DNA of 64,000 nt, taken from positions 64,001-128,000 of the forward strand of contig VMGC01000001.1 of the NCBI GenBank assembly GCA_007376385.1, read 5' to 3'. How positions within the stretch are numbered: the first letter of the stretch is position 1; each line of letters begins with the position of its first letter. The DNA comes from Parcubacteria group bacterium Gr01-1014_8. Lineage in GTDB: Bacteria > Patescibacteriota > Minisyncoccia > Phycocordibacterales > UBA2100. A program made the position numbers and the translations under genes. Positions 63,441 to 64,000 of this stretch are shown in pieces. The notes under the pieces were generated by a model. The model saw only the letters and a list, made by a program, of their open reading frames with translations, had not been told where the DNA came from and did no database searches.

Positions 63441-64000
63441 TTACTCTTGTCCAAGCGTGTCGTCATGTACGTCAACGATACGGGTCAATTCTTCTAACGA
63501 AGTTACGCCTTGAAGAACTTTTACCGCTCCATCTTGCGCCATGCGACGGATCTTTTGGTGCACAGCTGCTTTCCATAGATCGCGCTCGCTGGATGAATGC
63601 CGAACGGCTTCTTCCATTTCTTTATCCATCAAGATAACCTCAACGATGCCTATTCGTCCTTTGTATCCAAGGCCACCGCATTTTTCACAGCCTTTTGCCT
63701 TCCACATGGTCTCGCGATTTGCCGGCAAGTCTTCTTCGTGTGGAATATTTTTTAGAAGCCTGTCCATAACGATCTTGTCTTCGCCCTGGATGACGGCGGA
63801 TTCTCGGCATTTCTCGCACAATCGCCGGACGAGCCGTTGTGCCATAGCAACAGTCACCGCCGCGCCCAAAATATCTGCGTTCACGCCCATGTCGATGAGG
63901 CGAGGAAATGTGCCCGCGGCGTCGTTAGTGTGAAGTGTCGAGAATACGAGGTGACCTGTCAGCGACGCATGAACGGCAGTCGAAGCGACTTCTGCGTCTC
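63441..64000 (-). CDS. pilB: Type II/IV secretion system ATPase GspE/PilB family (C-terminal part; gene continues beyond window)
   Basis: Hand translation upstream of the ORF-track Met gives ...LTGHLVFSTLHTNDAAGTFPRLIDMGV..., followed by a C-terminal tetracysteine motif CEKC...CEKCGGLGYKGRIGIVE. The N-terminus lies outside the window. Confidence 0.85.
   Translation of the reverse strand, partial: DAEVASTAVHASLTGHLVFSTLHTNDAAGTFPRLIDMGVNADILGAAVTVAMAQRLVRRLCEKCRESAVIQGEDKIVMDRLLKNIPHEEDLPANRETMWKAKGCEKCGGLGYKGRIGIVEVILMDKEMEEAVRHSSSERDLWKAAVHQKIRRMAQDGAVKVLQGVTSLEELTRIVDVHDDTLGQE

Noticed and set aside
1-64000. CRISPR arrays, rRNA genes, transposases
   Set aside because: No regularly spaced short direct repeats, no rRNA-like conserved stretches and no DDE/IS transposase or phage integrase ORFs were recognised. 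The only intein-type mobile element is inside xerC.

Overview
This 64-kb window looks like bacterial chromosome with about 50% GC. Its compact, often overlapping genes, tRNA genes that do not encode the 3' CCA next to a cca gene, and many small hypothetical membrane or secreted proteins fit a small Patescibacteria/CPR-like genome; that placement is inference only. Most of the window is housekeeping. It contains the replication-origin neighbourhood: rpmH-rnpA-yidC-jag on the minus strand, diverging from dnaA-dnaN on the plus strand, with DnaA boxes in both flanking intergenic regions. Other recognisable genes are rny, hup, cca, xth, rarA, rpsO, pnp, yifB/comM, purA, a UvrD/PcrA helicase, ksgA, a class A PBP, ruvC, yebC and ruvB. 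There are four tRNAs and a Liv-type ABC transporter split around two TrmB-family regulators. Four things stand out: (1) a XerC/XerD tyrosine recombinase whose catalytic R-H-S-F-A motif is interrupted by a 422-aa intein carrying LAGLIDADG motifs; (2) a roughly 13-kb T4SS-like cluster (36.3-49.0 kb) of secreted and membrane hypotheticals with a VirB6/TrbL-like polytopic protein, a PrgI/VirB3-like protein and a VirB4 ATPase, but no relaxase or VirD4 in the window; (3) directly downstream, a 99-bp perfectly duplicated module that forms the N-terminal coding region of two small paralogous ORFs with divergent C-termini; (4) several non-coding structured elements, including a promoter-driven candidate ncRNA around 62.1-62.4 kb. 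The window ends in a partial GspE/PilB-type pilus ATPase. No CRISPR array or rRNA was seen.
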